Of a stretch of 64,000 bases of DNA, positions 61,534 through 64,000 are shown one piece after another; the stretch's first letter is position 1; each line of letters starts with the position of its first letter. The notes below the pieces were generated by a model, which was not told the DNA's origin, did not search any database, and worked only from the letters and a program-made list of their open reading frames with translations. Source of the stretch: Callorhinchus milii (Eukaryota); assembly GCF_018977255.1 (NCBI RefSeq), contig NW_024704745.1:26660001-26724000 (forward strand). Reading direction: 5' to 3'. The position numbers and the translations under genes are program-made.

Positions 61534-62545
61534 GTGGATTGAGACTTTCTCCAAATCAGTTTGCATTAGGATTTATGGTCAACAGAGAAAGGAAGCATTT
61601 ATTTCATCATTAAATCTCACAGATTTGAACTAGGACCAGAAGTTCAGGGTCAAAATGTTGACCCAATATCTATCCAGTCAATGAAAAAAAGGATTTCAAA
61701 ATTACACATCATTTAAATAATTAATTCAGATTAACCACTAACTTGAAATGAAGAAAATGAACTAATGGAAACAAAAGCCAAAAACACACATTAACTCACC
61801 AGTACGTTGTAATTTGCTCTGCAGGAAGTATTTATCAGGATTTTCAAGCGCTGTTCCAATCCATTAATATAATCAAGTTTTGCTCAGTCTCAGTAAGCCA
61901 GACTACCTAAAACAAGCAATAGAACAATTTCAATTAATTTCTGAAAATGGCTGATATTTTGTATAAACTAAACAGTGATGAACATAAAATAAGATATTGT
62001 ACAAATTATGTCTTAATCTGTATTCAAATATTAATGAAGTTATATAAAATGATTTTAGGAATATGTATTTGACTGTTTTTTTCCAGTTAAGTGTCATTAC
62101 ACACTGTATTTGAGTACTGCTTGTATGGTAATAACTGTCTGTTCTGCATTCAGGTGACCTCAGAAACAATCTTTGACCCCCGAATTGCAAGTTTGTTCAA
62201 GAAAACATTAATTAGCTCATAGAGAACACAGAAATAAAAACATTTGTTTCCAATAATCATTTTTGCAATGTTTTATCACAAGAAATACTTTATATCTTTT
62301 TAAAAAATACTTTGAAAATGAATAGATCGTAATATATTATATCAAACTTGAAGACTAAATCTTACTGAAAACAACAGTTAGAAAGAAACATTTTTTCCCT
62401 GTCTTTTCTGTTTTTATTGACTGCAGGATTTTCATTAAAATAACATTGATTTCAGCACCATGGAATTGACTTGAAAATCACTGAACCTTGTCAATGTAAG
62501 GAATTGTACCTGATTGAGGAAATAGACATTAGAAGAAAACAACAA

Positions 62546-63083
62546 CAAAAACAAGATTACATTTGTACAGCGCCTTTCATGTCGGGAGGACGTCCCAAGG
62601 CGCTGGACAGAGTACAGCATTTCAGTCCTGAGCTGGGGTTGGTGGGGTAGGGAGGGGAGGGGAAGGGGGTTGGCTGATGACATGGCCGAAGAGGAGGGTT
62701 TTGAGGCGAGACTTGAAGGAGGCTAAGGAGGGGGTGAGGGGAGTGACTGGGGGATGGAATTCCAGAGGTTGGGGGCAGAGTGGCTGAAGGCTCTCGCACC
62801 AAAGGTGGGGCGGGTGGGTCGGGGGACGTGGCCGGAGCCATCTGAGTGGAGGGAATGGGTGGGTTGATAGGGGTTTAGGCAGTGGCAGAGGTAGGGTGGG
62901 GCGAGGCCATGGAGAGATTTGTATGTGAGGACCAGGATCTTGAATGGGATCCTCTGAAGGATAGGGAACCAATAGAGTTGGGCGAGAATGGGGGAGATGG
63001 GGAGTTTGGTGCGGGAGAGGACACGGGCTGCAGAGTTCTGGATTATCTGCAGCCTGTGGAGGGAGGAGTTGGGAAGGCCATCA
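62546..63083 (-). mobile_element. L2 LINE 3' end with stem-loop and (TTG)n tail
   Basis: LDGLPNSSLHRLQIIQNSAARVLSRTKLPISPILAQLYWFPILQRIPFKILVLTYKSLHGLAPPYL; FGARAFSHSAPNLWNSIP; FKSRLKTLLF. Confidence 0.93.
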
Positions 63084-64000
63084 AGCAAGCAACAAGCAGA
63101 AACACAAAGAGATCTACTGATATTTATCAACTGGATAGCATAATCACAGGTAAACCTGAATAGCTAATAACTATAAATATGTCTAACAGCAAAAAATGAT
63201 TACAGAATGAAAGGTATAGTAAATATAGTAACTCAAGCAAAGGTTTAGGAATAATCGGCATTGAAAGTGTTGTCACTCTAAGCTAGCAATGTGAAGGAAT
63301 ATGTTTACTGTGAAAGTAGTTCTGCAGAAGGTAAATCCAGGGAAGTCTAAGGAACACTTCATAAAGGATCAGAGAAACCACAATTGAAGCATTAAATTAG
63401 ATCTGGCCACAATATTTGTATAAAAAAAAGCATACATAGAGAAGATTCAGAGATCAACATCCAGATTTTAGATCGCTGAGTTATTAAGATTGGCTATGAA
63501 ATGGAATTGAAGAACCAGGCAAATGATCATAAGTAAAATAAGCCATGGAGGTACTTCTTATCTTAAGGAATAACTCTTTACACTTAGAGGCACTCACTTT
63601 TAAAGCAAAACTGTACTTATGCAATTGCTGCTGCCTTCATTGTAACATTTAAAATGAGAATTTAATCACATCAGACTCAGGAAAGTCTATATATGAAATG
63701 CCCGATGAAAATAAAACAGGAAGACCAGGTTCTGAAAGAAGACTTGGGTGATTTATCTTTCTCATTCCCAAATATTTATGTTATCAACACATGAGTTTGT
63801 TGGGATTTCTTAATTACCAAACCAGGAAATCCATGATGGTAACTTGTAGGAATATTCAAACTAGATCTATTTTCAGAGCAGAGTTCCCTTGTGTCATGGG
63901 TTACCAGGAGTCCCCATTCGGATTTTCTAATTAGGAAACCCATTAGGAAATATCGCATTATCAATTCCCGTAGTTAAAATTGTTGAGAACTAAATTAACT

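Overview
AT-rich, CpG-poor vertebrate DNA. The repeat content (Deu-domain tRNA-SINEs, shark-type CR1 and L2 LINEs) points to a cartilaginous fish, possibly a holocephalan such as elephant shark; this is an inference. I could not support any host protein-coding gene: the only ORF-track entries with recognisable protein similarity are decayed LINE ORF2 pieces, so the window looks like a gene desert or large intron. It holds about 15 copies of a young tRNA-Ala(TGC)-headed Deu-SINE with a (TTA)n tail, older SacSINE1/AmnSINE1-like relics, many L2 and CR1 3' fragments, probable RTE and Penelope relics, a Helitron/Helentron-like element, a large hairpin element and several homeodomain/RFX-motif-rich stretches that may be enhancers. 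The most unusual observation is a ~250-bp decayed 28S rRNA segment (peptidyl-transferase region, ending at the sarcin-ricin loop) fused in the same orientation to a Deu-SINE body and tail at 48640-49060, a candidate 28S-rRNA/Deu-SINE chimeric retroposon. Family names come from recalled consensus motifs, not database searches, and the boundaries of old repeats are approximate.
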